A DNA stretch of 63,985 bases, filler included, from Elsinoe ampelina (taxonomy: Eukaryota), in the NCBI GenBank assembly GCA_010093995.1. It is 4 parts of 3 records of this genome, joined end to end, with 100 filler letters (N's around TTAATTAATTAA, not from the genome) between each part and the next. Parts side by side here need not be neighbours in the genome. Positions count along the whole stretch, not along the records: positions 1 to 31,917 come from ML992511.1; 3 more parts are not named here. One strand, 5' to 3'. The translations under genes and the position numbers were made by a program. Positions within the stretch are counted from its first letter, which is position 1, and every line of letters starts with the position of its first letter. Shown here in pieces: positions 11,641-23,318 of the stretch. The notes beneath the pieces are model-generated. The model ran no database searches, was not told where the DNA came from, and saw nothing but the letters and a program-made list of their open reading frames with translations.

Positions 11641-13542
11641 ATGACTGCTTCTCAGCACTTTATGCCTCATCACAGGCGTGGCATCGATGAGCTCGAAGCT
11701 GACCGGCGGCGGGGTCTACCACAGGTGGTAATGGCCTCGGAGCTGAATGAAGAGAACCAGGATCTGGTCCGACAAGGCATTCAACCAGTACGCATTACAT
11801 TGTGTTGATGAGAATGTTCCGCTGAAGGCCACCAGGTAATGAGACGAGAGTTTACGCAGCTCTCGACGGTCGCGTTCGCCGCCAGTGTCAGTGCCTGTTT
11901 TGCCACGGTGTGCACTACCTTCCCCTTTTCAATCCGAGCTGGAGGGGCTGCGGCTGCCGTCTGGTGCTGGTGGGGTGGCGGAATCATGGTCTACACGCTC
12001 GTTCTATCAGTGGCAGAGATCACATCAGCCTACACAACGTCTGGGGGCATTTACCATGCGGCTTCACAGCTTGCTCCTCCCAAGAGAGCCGCTTTGGCGG
12101 CTTGGGTAGTTGGCTGGCTCAACCTTTTCGGTCAAATCTGCGGTGTTGCCAGCGTCGAATACGGTGCAGCTGAGATCCTGCTAGCGACTTGCTCTATCAT
12201 CACAGACGGCACGTACAAACCCAACAACCGACACACCGTGGGAGTTATGGTACTAGGCACCTTTCTGACAGGGTTCGTCAATTCCATGAGCACAAAATGG
12301 TTATCCAAAACGACGGTTGCATACATCATCTTCCATGGCCTCGTTATCGTCACCTGCTGCGCAACCCTTCTAAGCATAAGCGACGACAAGCACACCAGCG
12401 CCTATGTGATGTCCCACTTTGAGTCCTCCTCGGGCTGGCATCCCAGCACCTACTCCGCCCTCTTTGGTCTCCTCTCCGTCTCCTGGACAATCACAGACTT
12501 TGAGTAAGGCCCTCTCCTCCCCTTTCCCCCTGTCCGCAACTGACCACCACCCCCTCCAGCGCCTCCTCCCATATCGCCGAAGAAGTCCGCCACCCCGAAA
12601 TCGTCGTCCCCCGCGCCATCGCCCTCGGCATGCTCCTCGCCTACATCTTCGGCGGCATCTTCACCACCACCCTCGCCATCGTCATGGGCGACCCTGCCTC
12701 GATCCTCTCCACCCCCCTCGGCCAACCAGTGATCCAAATCTTCCTCAACGTGCTGGGGAAACACTACGGCGCCCTCTTCGCCTTCACGGCCTACCTCATC
12801 CTCAAGATCAGTGGTATAACGGCCATGCAAGCCCTCGCGAGGACGGAGTTTGCTTTCAGCAGGGACAAACTCATCCCTGGGCATAGGATATGGGTGAGGA
12901 CTTGTGCGCGGACGAAGACACCGGTTTACGCCGTGTGGTTGTGCGTGGTGGTCTGCGCGGCTGTCAACCTGATCGCGCTGGCGTCGACGGTGGCGATATT
13001 GGCCGTGTTCAACGTTTTCGTCATCGCGTTGGATCTGAGTTATGTAGTGGTGATTCTCCTCAAGGTTCTCGGGGGCAGGTGGGCGCCTGGGCCGTTGCAT
13101 TTGGGGCGGGCGAGTAGGTGGTGTAATTTGGTGGGCGTGGTTTGGACGGTGTTTATCGCGGTGATGTTTGTGCAGCCTGTTGTGAGGCCTGTGGAGGGGC
13201 AGACGGTAGGTTTTTGATCTCGGGCTTGGCGGTGGTGATGCTGATGTTGGACAGATGAATTATGCTTCGGTCTTCTTTGTTGTGCTGCTCGTGTGGATCT
13301 TCGCTTCGTGGTGGTTCGTCGGGAGGAAGCATTTCCGTGGTCCGGCGGCGCAGGTGGAGATGGTGGAGGAGACGGGGATGGCTGCTTCGATGAGGACAAT
13401 GCCTTGTGCGAGAGTGGAGAGTCCTCGACCGAAGCACGTTGATGTGGTTGAGGTGGATCCTGTTGCGTCTGGGTCGAGTAGCGCGCAGGAGTCGTTGGAG
13501 ATGAAAGAGGTGGGAATGAGGAAGCATTCGGGTCCACCATGA
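11641..13542 (+). CDS. Amino-acid/GABA-type permease (APC superfamily), 4 exons
   Basis: SVAEITSAYTTSGGIY, VGWLNLFGQ, DFDASSHIAEE after splicing, FAFSRD, PGPLHLG, MNYASV; introns 11788-11835, 12504-12559, 13206-13254. Confidence 0.9.
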
Positions 13543-13637
13543 AGACGGTACTGTATCGTGTCTGGGTGTAGGGTATAGATGATGTATGAACGAGTATTTC
13601 TACAATGTCTGTTATATGCTACACTCTCTGTGGCTAT

Positions 13638-15683
13638 CTAGTCCCAGCTGACGCCCTTCTTCCACTCTTCATACTCCCTCTCCAGGCTACGCATCGAGTC
13701 ATCATGCCTGAATCCATCCGTCATCCTCCTCGTCTCATACTCCTCCCCTCCTCTCACCCTCTCCTCCCCCTTCACCGGCTCCCGCTTCGGCCTATCCTCC
13801 CTCAACTCCCTCCCCACCTCCTCCGTCTCCTTCTCCACATCAAGCCAGCATCTCAAGAACCCCCCAACATCAGTGTTCTCCCGATTCCCCGCCAGCCTCT
13901 CCCTAACAGCCTTCATCCACCCATCATGCCCATCCTTACCCCCCTTCCCGTCCTTGCCCCTCTTACTATCTCTACTCTCCGACAACACCGCCGCAGACGA
14001 GTAAATATTCACGTCCGCCGCCGTGTGGCCGTGGGTGCTCCACCCGATCTGGGCGCGGCGGGAGATCATATCCGCCATGATCCAGACGGCGAAGACGGGG
14101 CGGAGGATGAGGGCGTTGAGCTCGCTTTGGAGGGGTGGGAAGCCGAGGTGGGATGTGACGAGGGTGGTGAGGAATTTTTCGAGTTTGCGGGTGTTTTTTT
14201 TGCGGGCGAGGAGGGTGAGGGGGTGGGTGGTTTGGTCTGTGGAGGAGGACGGGGGGACGGGGGAGAGAGGGAGGAAGCTGCCTAGGTGGGAGTGGTATTC
14301 TGCTGCGGTACGTTCGGCGGAGTGGGTTGCGTTGTGCAGGGCTGAGGGGTACCATTGGTAGTGTGGGTAGGTGAGGTCGAGTTGGCGGGCGATGGCGAGA
14401 CCGCCGGTTTCGTGGTCGCTGGTGGCTACCATTAGGGTTGGGGTGGTTTGGTTGTTGATGAAGTCGAGGACGACGCGCATGGTGGCGTCGTAGGCGAGGA
14501 CTTCGTGGACTTGGGCTGCAGGGTCATTGATGTGGCCTGCGTGGTCGATGCGGGAGCCTTCGATCATGATGAAGAAGCCTTGGTCGTTGTCGGCTGTGGC
14601 TTCACTGAGGAGACGAAGGGCGGTGGCAGCGCTCTCGGCGAGGGATGGGTAGGTGTCGTTCTCGAACCGACGGTCGATCTCAAAAGGTACATCACCGCCT
14701 GCCCAGAGGCCGAGCAGAGGAAGGACTTCTTTGCCGCGCGAGGAGAGGGCGTCGAACTCTTCCCGATTGTCGATGTAGGCCCATCCTTTACGGCTGGCTT
14801 CATCGACAATGTCTCGATTGTCTACACGGCAGCTACCATGAGTGCTGCTGCCGAGAAAGTGGCATCTTCCCCCTCCGAGGATGATGTCAATGGGTGAACC
14901 AGTCGAGTTTCCAAGATGGTCCAGCCCTACCATTTGTCCTGCAATGTCATCCTCCATCTCTCTTCTGAGCACATGGCTGCCGAAGCAAGCAGGTGTGGCA
15001 TCCGTCACCCTTGTAGTCACCACCACTCCCGTCATGTATCCTGCTCTTTTTGCTGCTTCCATGACTGACGGACAAGGTGTCCCGTCTGGTAGAACCGAAA
15101 TGGCACCATTGTAGCTCTTCTCACCGCAGGAAAACGCGGTAGCACCAGCAGCACTGTCCGTGACCAGAGAAGACGAAGAACGTGTCCTGCTCTGACCCAG
15201 CAGCAAAGAGTCGAGGAGCAACGTGTGGTTGAAGGAAGCCTTGGAAATGAGCTGAGAGAAGGACCTGGTCAAGGAGAGGGATGAAGGTCCCATGCCGTCC
15301 GACACCATGAAGATAAGGTTCCTCTTGCCATGGGGGCGGACCTTTGCCGAATCACTTGGACGAGGGACGGCAGTGACAGTCGATGTTGGAACCGGAGCAG
15401 GCTTGGAAGGGGAGGTGGAGGGGTCAGAGGGAGCAGGTAGGCGGTCGTGTGTCGCATGCTGAAGAAGCACAGCAAGGATGATTATACCGATAGTCGCGAG
15501 GAAGGCCCAAATGAAGGCTACCGTCTCGCGCAGACGTCGCCATTGTACCTCGGAGAAGTTCAAAGGGAAGTTGTAGGAGCGGGACTGTGGTTGTCCTGTG
15601 AGCAGAGCATCTTCCTCTGCCGCTGCTTGAGAGTTGTGCGAGGAGGGTCGTCTGGCGAGCAGAGGCTCAGTGTCGCGTGCCAT
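13638..15683 (-). CDS. PHO8: Vacuolar alkaline phosphatase (type II membrane anchor)
   Basis: IFMVSDGMG, TDSAAGATAF, TDATPA, EGSRIDHAGH, TSDHETGG, GHTAADV; single N-terminal TM. Confidence 0.95.
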   Translation of the reverse strand: MARDTEPLLARRPSSHNSQAAAEEDALLTGQPQSRSYNFPLNFSEVQWRRLRETVAFIWAFLATIGIIILAVLLQHATHDRLPAPSDPSTSPSKPAPVPTSTVTAVPRPSDSAKVRPHGKRNLIFMVSDGMGPSSLSLTRSFSQLISKASFNHTLLLDSLLLGQSRTRSSSSLVTDSAAGATAFSCGEKSYNGAISVLPDGTPCPSVMEAAKRAGYMTGVVVTTRVTDATPACFGSHVLRREMEDDIAGQMVGLDHLGNSTGSPIDIILGGGRCHFLGSSTHGSCRVDNRDIVDEASRKGWAYIDNREEFDALSSRGKEVLPLLGLWAGGDVPFEIDRRFENDTYPSLAESAATALRLLSEATADNDQGFFIMIEGSRIDHAGHINDPAAQVHEVLAYDATMRVVLDFINNQTTPTLMVATSDHETGGLAIARQLDLTYPHYQWYPSALHNATHSAERTAAEYHSHLGSFLPLSPVPPSSSTDQTTHPLTLLARKKNTRKLEKFLTTLVTSHLGFPPLQSELNALILRPVFAVWIMADMISRRAQIGWSTHGHTAADVNIYSSAAVLSESRDSKRGKDGKGGKDGHDGWMKAVRERLAGNRENTDVGGFLRCWLDVEKETEEVGRELREDRPKREPVKGEERVRGGEEYETRRMTDGFRHDDSMRSLEREYEEWKKGVSWD

Positions 15684-15997
15684 GGTAGGGACAGACTAGA
15701 AGGAAGGAAAGTCGCGTTCCGTGTTAGTTGTTGCTATCGCATGTTGGGGTGTATCAGGGCAGCAGCAGGAGGAGGTGCACGCGATGCGGCACAAGTGGCA
15801 TGTGAGCAGGTCAAAGCTCAGAGACAGGATCATGGTCCATCATTTGAGCTCTCTACACAACGACCTTGCATAATCATAGTCATGTGATGTAGTCATTGTC
15901 TCTAAAAGCAATATCCCCAGCGCCGTCGCAGTCTATTGTACAAAAGCAGTCGTGACAAGGAGAATTAGGACTGTTCAAAGCAAGCTCTCAATCGATG

Positions 15998-16735
15998 CTA
16001 CCGACTGTAGCCCCTCCTTCTGCCTTGGTGTGACTCCCATTTCTCCCACTCGCGGTCTTCCCTCTTCGATTCTCGTCGCCTATGCACTTGGTTCTCCAGC
16101 GCATTGAGTCCGAGACCACCAATGATGGCTCCAGCCAGGGCGTGATTATCCCTCTTGTCTCCCATTCTACGGCCAATAGCTCCTCCTACAAGCGCACCGA
16201 CAATACCAGCTCCGACACCCTTTGCGCGAGTGTCGAAAGTCTTGTCAAGTGCGTCTCTGGTTCCGTCCTTGACTCGATCGAAGTGGCTGCGTGAAGAAGA
16301 TCGCGACCTGGAGGAAGAGTAGGACCTGTCCCTTCCGCGAGACTTGGATCGGTATCGTGATCGCGAGCGGGAGTATCTCTGGTCTCGTCTGTAGCGATCG
16401 ATCTGCTGGTCGCGATAGTAAGGTGCGAGAGCTGCTCCGGCGCCAGCTGCAGCGCCCGTAGCGTATGGATCAGGGTTGCTGTAGCGTGGCGGTGGAGCGA
16501 GATTGCCATTCACTTGAGGCTGCAATTGTCAATGTCTCTGCGTACTTGCAGTCTGTGTCTGTGATTGACTTACTGGTGCCCATGATCGTCGCGCAAATAC
16601 TCGACCCCTGTCGCTGTACTGGTTGTTGGCAGCAGCGGCGGCTCTAGTCTTCTCATCGTCGGCGTCGGAATAGTAGTACCTCCCGCGGGGTGGAGGAGGC
16701 TGAGAAGATGTGCGTTGCTCGTAGACGTAGCTCAT
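15998..16735 (-). CDS. Low-complexity Arg/Ser-rich protein with glycine-zipper segments, 2 exons
   Basis: Exon 16735-16574, intron gtaagt..ttgac..cag 16573-16520, exon 16519-15998; RSRSR tract, GAGIVGALVGGAIG and GAIIGGLGLNALE. Confidence 0.75.
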
Positions 16736-17639
16736 TCTGCCTTGTTCGCTCGATCGGCGAGCCTTGTCAGAGATAAAGTTGCGATCCGATCAGATTACGG
16801 CAATGATCTCCGTCGGTCGATAGGTATCAGTATGCTAGTTCAGTCGCCGTCGAGTATGTTGAGATCAGAGGGGAGTGTGTATTGATGGAAGGGACAGATA
16901 GGAAAAGACCACGGTATGTCAGCAGCGCGGAAACTCGTAGTAATACCTAGCTGAAACCCGCAGGCAAAAAACCTGACCTGATCTCCGTCTGCAGGGCCAA
17001 GCTCAACAGGCAGGATCAGAAAGGCGGATGCTGTCGGCGAGGTGCCATGTGTCACGATTGTGCCTTCCACTGGAAGATTCGACTGACCGAGTGTACCGCT
17101 GGTAGGGTCGAGCAAACTAGGCAAGTTCGTGCCTGACAATCGTCAGCAGTACCGGTCAAGTGATCGCGCGGTCGGATCTTTCGGCGGGGCAGGGTGAGGT
17201 GAGAATATGAGATGGCTGGGGTTTTTGCTATGGAGAGCAGTCATGTCATGCTTTGCTATCCTCGTTTCGACTAGCTCCGTTTTGGTCAGGGCACGGCAAT
17301 TAGTGACGAGTGCCGAGCCCAAACTATCGGTCTCAATTACAGCGAGAAATATAGCAAAGCAACAGAACTGAAGCCCGTCCAGGAGGCGCGTATCGAATCT
17401 TTCAACACACGCCTTGTTGACATTCGGCATCTCTTGCAGCTGCGGTAAGTACCCGTCGTGATAACTATGTCCCCAAATGCGTTCGGGACGTTGGACGCCT
17501 CGCGGGAGCTGAACTGAAACCTTGGTTTTGTGCCTGTCCCTCCATCAGCAGGCAGCGACCTCCATTCAGTGATCAATCAACAGTCCTCTACATTTCAACC
17601 TCAGCTCCACATCACATCACTCCAGTCCCATCTTCCGCC

Positions 17640-18888
17640 ATGGGTGTCAGCAAGGCCCCCCCACCAGCGCCCTACACCGACGACCCCCTCCCCTCGTCCA
17701 CCTCCGCCCACTCCCTCGACCCCCTCAACGACCTCCCGCCTCCCTACACCGACACCCCAGATCCCACCCCCACCCCGCCCTTCCCCGACCCCGACCAACA
17801 CCCTCTCCACCTCAACCCCCCCGGCCTCCCCCCCATCAGCTCCTACCACACCATCTCCCCCACCTACCACCCGCCTCTCCCCAGCAGCCGCCCGGACACA
17901 AAATCCCAGACAACCTGGACGCAACACGGGCCCTTCTCCCTCTCCGCGGACGCCCTCGAGCTCATGATCAAAGAACAATCGCGCTTCCCGCCGCACCTCT
18001 CGGTGACGATCCGGCGGGACCCACGAACGCAGCAGCCACCGCGACGGCAAATCCGACCGGCACGAAACCGTCACCGACTTCGATTTCCACATCGACGTCA
18101 CCCGTCTCCTGTCCCGGCGCATCGGCGCAGGGGACCCTTTCCTCGACGGACGCATCAGGGTCATCGACGAGGGGAGGAGGGGACACCGCGGGGGTCGGTG
18201 GCGGGGTCACGAGCCCCATGTCGTATGGGAGGAGGATCGGGAGGGGCAGAGCACGAGGCTGGCGCTCAGGCGGTGGTGTGAGATGTTCGTCGCGGACCGG
18301 GCGGGGTGGAAGAGTTTTGGGTTCAAGAGGTGGGTCGAGGGGTTTGATAAGGTGAGGGTGAGGCAGTTGGTGGAGACTGCGGTGCGGGGGACGGGGTATA
18401 TGGGGCGGGTGCATGTGGATTTTGCGGAGAGGCAGAATGAGGTTGTTGTCTTCAGTCCGGGGAGGATTAATGCGTTGCGCACGATGGTGTGGGTGAGGTG
18501 GTTGTTCTACCTCACTTTTCTGTGGATCGTGAGTTGGCCGGTTTTGTTCTTTTTGACGAAGCGCTATGAGGTGGTTGATGGGGTGTATCAGTATCGGGCG
18601 GGTGGGACGAGGTATGGGAGTGTGGCGGTTCAGGACGAAGGCGATTGGTTCGCCCAGTGGGAGAGGTCGATTCAGAGGGCGGCGTGGGGGAGGGTCAGGG
18701 GCGAGATTGATTGGCGGTATAGGCAGGAGACAGAGGATGCGTTTGCGAGGGGAAGTCAGGGGCAGACGGCGGCGCCCGTATCGACGGGGAACTCGGTGGT
18801 GGATGGGATGGTTAATATATTGGGCATGGGAGCGGATTTTGTGGGTCAGATGGACAGGAGGATGGGGTGGGGGAGAGATGAGTATTGA
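17640..18888 (+). pseudogene. Fungal membrane-associated protein gene with a single +1 frameshift near 18012-18016 (pseudogene or sequencing error)
   Basis: Frame of ATG 17640 (PPPYTD motifs) reads to PPHLSVTIR. The +1 frame from 18016 reads GTHE..TVTDFDFHIDVT..RWCEMFV without stops into the 18283-18888 ORF (FYLTFLWIVSWP). Confidence 0.7.
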
Positions 18889-19160
18889 GGATTGTCGTCA
18901 GCTGAAGAAATGTGTTAATGTATACATTAATGCCTTTCCACTTTGGCAAGCATGGTTTCATCGGCATTGTGTCTGGGTCAAAAATTCTGTACATTTGGGA
19001 TGCATACCCACTACTGCTTTTCTCTTCCACTGCAACCCACGACTTCAAAACAAACCTGGTATCTGCCCTAACAATATCAAAGCTATCCTTCCATAGTCGC
19101 CATCCATGCAACTGGTAGTATAACGACGAACCCGCGCCTCCTCGTCAACCAATTCTGTCG

Positions 19161-20492
19161 TCACCTCGCATGCGCATGCTGATTATTGTATGTCATATGC
19201 AAAGGCCTGGTATCCTCTTCTTCCTTGCCGGGAGACTCAATCTCCTCCAGACTCTTGATCGTATTGCCCTCGCTCGATGTCTCGTGGGCGTGATTCTGGC
19301 CGTAGGCAATGTCGTATTCATTGGTCATGTAGATTTCCATTCGTTCTCGTCCGAAATGCTCTTGGTCCGGGATGTTGCGGAGTCTGGCGCTCTGCGTATT
19401 GGAGCTTACGTGGGCGTGGCTGCCGTGGTTTTGGTCGGTTTTGAGCTCGTCGAGTTCGAGGGTGCCGACGTCGACGGATCTGGAAGGATGATCAGCTGGG
19501 AGGAGAGTTCCTGGGTAGATAGTGACTTACGCATGCGATTTCTTCATCGGACCAGAGATCTGTGGCCTTGAGCCGGTCAAGTAGCTGCTGCTGTTCTCGG
19601 GGCGGCCGCCTTCTTTGGTCTTTGCGACCTTGGAGATGAGGTCGGCCATGGACATTTCGATCTTGAGCTTGACAATGTATGCAAGTGGGTGGAATTGCAT
19701 GTATCTAGCATTGTCAGTCTGGCAATGCTCCCAAAGATGTCTCAACTTACACAAAGGTATTGTTCAAGCTCATCATAGCAATGATCAAGACGTCCATACT
19801 GAGGGAGAACCCAATGATCCACATGTTAAACCTAACCAGTCGCTCATACTTCTTTAGACCGTTGCTGACGAGGTTTTTCTGTACGATCCGAATGAAGATG
19901 AAATTAAGGCACGCGTCGACAATCAGGTAGATGGCCTTTTCGCAGCGATCCCAGATATTGTTGAGGTAAACGTACTTTTTGGAGATCTGAAGACGAGCAG
20001 GAATCCAGATGCAGTACACACTGATGTTGATCGCCGTGATGAGTACTGCAACACCAATTCGTAGTTGTCGACCTCTGCGGCGATTGGTCATGAGAATCAT
20101 GACTCGGTTGATGATAATCTGCAGGAGGAACTGCACTTGAAGTGCCCAGAATGTCACTTTGCTTGTCAGCAAGGGCTCAGTGATATCTAGCATATGCTCT
20201 TACATATGGTGAAGTAGAAGGCGAAGCCAGGTGGAATGATCCCGGCCAGATACAGCCAGCACTCAATCGAGAAGGCGAGGCATACAATAATCTCCAGCCA
20301 GATCATCCAGATGTAGGGTGTGTTGAGTCGTCTCGTGCCATGCTTCCTCCTTGCCGCAGTCGTTTGTTTGATAGCAGCCCATACCGTCAAGAACCCAAAG
20401 CCCATGGAGAAACCCCAGGCAATAGAAGCAATGTTCATATCAGCCTGAGTCACCTGCTGCTCGACAAAGTCGGGAGAAAGAAAGACGTCCAT
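19161..20492 (-). CDS. Multi-pass integral membrane protein of unknown function (receptor-like topology), 4 exons
   Basis: Hydrophobic ORFs 20187-20579, 19747-20193 and 19527-19754 joined by canonical introns; WALQVQFLLQIIINR, WIPARLQIS, WDRCEKAIYL, YMQFHPLAYIVKLKIEMSMA; hydrophilic tail to stop 19161. Confidence 0.82.
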
Positions 20493-20860
20493 ATTGACCA
20501 GTGAGGCTTGGACGAAAGAGAGAAAGAAGACCGGGATACCCACAAACCTGGCACCTGGTAGACCCAAAGGGAGGTCCAACCAAGGAGGTTATGTACAACT
20601 CCCTACCTCCAACCCTGACCTCCACAACATCTCCAGTTTTCCAACCTGGTTCAAGAAAAATGCCAATTCTCTTCATCTGGCCATCTGGGAGCCCAACGCG
20701 TGTGAGTGCGCGGTGCTACCGTGAAACAGTAGACATGGAGGGCACCTCCGAGAGTGACTTACCATGGGTCGGGAGAGAGAGAGCGTCGGCGCAAGCCACG
20801 GCTGTCAACAATGCGTTGCCCGATCTGGGTTTTGACGATCTGTGCGCATCGATCCATGTA

Positions 20861-21226
20861 CAGTCAAAGCTGGCTATACCGTTAGCTGTCCTTACCGTTA
20901 ATCTCTCTATACCGTTCAACTCGTGTGTCACCGTTCATTTTCCCATACAAAAACTAACATCTCTCTCTTTACCGTTCCGTTCACGATTTCGACCCTGGCT
21001 ACCGTTCAGTCTATACCGGATTAGGAAGTAAGCTAGCCCGCTTGGGCAAAGAGCTTGGCAGTAAGTTTGTAAGAGCCGCATTACTTGGCGTTTTTGTTCG
21101 AAACTAGGCCTATTCTAGCCGATCTCGCGAAGGAAAACGCCAAGCCTGGTCACCTTATACCGATAATCTCTCTATACCGTTCAAAGCCTAGTTCACGAAG
21201 CCTAACGGTATAACCAGCTTTGACTG
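20861..21226 (+). mobile_element. 366-bp MITE (Tc1/mariner type), copy 1
   Basis: 25-bp TIRs cagtcaaagctgg(c/t)tataccgttag, flanked by TA on both sides, no transposase. Confidence 0.92.
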
Positions 21227-22886
21227 TACCTGGGAACAAGCTTTGGTCGCACCCCTGAGATGGTGGCGTTGACCTCAGGTACGGCGTCAAGTTTCGCAAG
21301 GACCTAATTCGGGGTCGAGATGTGTCCCGCCGTGTACCGAAGCTCGCGCGAGTTTGGGAATCCTCTTGACATAGGGTGGCACCGTTCGTGTTCAACGGCG
21401 TCTCAGGACAGAACTTGAGGAGGGTAACCGGCTTGCTTGGAGGATTGAAAGCATGCAGCAGCATCTGAGATCAACACGATTGATTGTGGGTGATCGTCAA
21501 AGCATGATGATCCTGGTTGTGCTTGGGATGCTTGCCCAGAGTCGATTGGTGACACGGTTTAGAGCGAACAAAAGTGTAAGAAGATTACGAGGGCTCGAGA
21601 GGTGGAAAATGGTTGATCTTCGGGCCGGAAAAGCAGTCGATTGGTTGAACTTTTGGTTGAAGTTTTGAGGCACAAAGCCCCCAATCAATCAACCTCATCA
21701 ATGCCAGACATCTTCTGCTACTCTTGCCGTCAATTATCCTCCAAGCACATTGTTCAGGTCTGACACAATAGATGCCGTTAGTGTATCAAGCACATATTGT
21801 ATCGACGCGTTGTCACCAAGAGCTTGATACTCGCATTCTTCATGATCCTTCAACAATCACCCGCCGACCGAGAGTTGACTGGCCCTAACGTCCCTGCTCG
21901 CTGCGAACCATGGATCTGTGTCACCGTGCCGCCGGAGCACCCGACTGGCCATTGACTGCCACTTGCAGACCACACTGCGGAGCGTGGCCACCTGTCATGC
22001 TATCACGCATTGACAGGAAGACTTGAGACATCTTAGAGGGTTTTTGCCTCCGATGGATTATGCAAGGGTCTCACTGAAAGGATACAGCCCTATACTTGCT
22101 AGACCGTAGGTCAAAGTCAATCTACGAGGTCAAGTTGAGTCTCGGTTTCCTTTGCGAGGGAAACCCTGCGCCTTTTCCGATTGGTGCTTGCACATTGATC
22201 CTTTCCGAGTCATCCAGGAGAAGTCGATATAGCACAAGCCCAAAAGGGTAACAGGTACTCTCTGCTCTCAAGTTCATGTGAGGCTGATGTGTATCATACT
22301 GGACACATATCAACGACACACAACACCAGTGAAGTATCGTGCATGGTTCGATGTCTTGACGTTGGTCGACCTATACATGACCTCGCAAGCATGTGCTGAG
22401 AATCTGGAGATTACTCCGTAGTAGGCCAGACAGACGTCTTACGCATCCCGCCGGACCACTACCTTCTATCCGAACGACCTCCGATCTCTCAGAGTACGTT
22501 GCCAACCATCCAGTTGACGATGTACCAGCCTCTTATCCCCCAACTCAATGGACCTACAACGATGGTACGTTGACAACCCCTGCTCTAGAATCTGGGCTGG
22601 GCCCTGGACACAAGCAGATTACGGACGACAAAGCCCAACCACTCTCACAGCAACCATTCCTGCAATCCAATCCATGGTACTACTCCTTGAAGTTTCCTGT
22701 GCTTTTTCTCTGTGATCAGCAAACTTCACCCAGCGATCCTGTCCTACGCCTTTTGCATAAACTTGGGTATCTCGTTCTCACCCAAAATCCTCTACATCCT
22801 GCCCTGCCCTGCCCTGCCCTGCCTGGCACACAGACGCTTCACCCTCCCTCCATCCCCACCAACCACCTCCATACACAACCCCTCTA

Positions 22887-23252
22887 CAGTCAAAGCTGGT
22901 TATACCGTTAGGCTTCGTGAACTAGGCTTTAAACGGTATAGAGAGATTATCGGTATAAGGTGACCAGGCTTGGCGTTTTCCTTCGCGAGATCGGCTAGAA
23001 TAGGCCTAGTTTCAGACAAAAACGCCAGGTAATGCGGCTCTTACGAACTTTCTGTAAAGCTTCTTGCCTAAGCGGGCTAGCTGACTTCCTAATTCGGTAT
23101 AGACTGAACAGTAGCCAGGGTCGAAATCGTAAACGTAACGGTACAGAGAGAGATATTAGTTTTTGTATAGGAAAATAAACAGTGACACACGAGTTGAACG
23201 GTACAGAGAGATTAACGGTAAGGACAGCTAACGGTATAGCCAGCTTTGACTG
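22887..23252 (-). mobile_element. 366-bp MITE, copy 2, inverted relative to copy 1
   Basis: Same TIRs and TA flanks; about 22 substitutions and no indels versus copy 1 by hand alignment. Confidence 0.92.
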
Positions 23253-23318
23253 TAATCCCTTCCCTTCTTCTCGCACATTCCCCTCCCCCTACCCTTCCCA
23301 CCCTAGTCCCCTCCTCAT

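Noticed and set aside
13605..14897. Long antisense and alternate-frame ORFs in skewed zones (also 12450-13100, 47019-47717, 48132-49091, 56896-57456)
   Set aside because: Expected by-product of stop-poor C-rich and G-rich sequence overlapping well-supported genes.
22799..22824. (CCCTG)n pentamer microsatellite
   Set aside because: Short simple repeat within a C-rich zone; no further signal.
20501..23276. ORFs sharing peptides QSKLAIPLAVLTVNL or VKAGYTVRLRELGF (20501-21031, 21150-21464, 22393-22911, 22712-22963, 22995-23276)
   Set aside because: The shared peptides are translations of MITE ends; no transposase or other domain.
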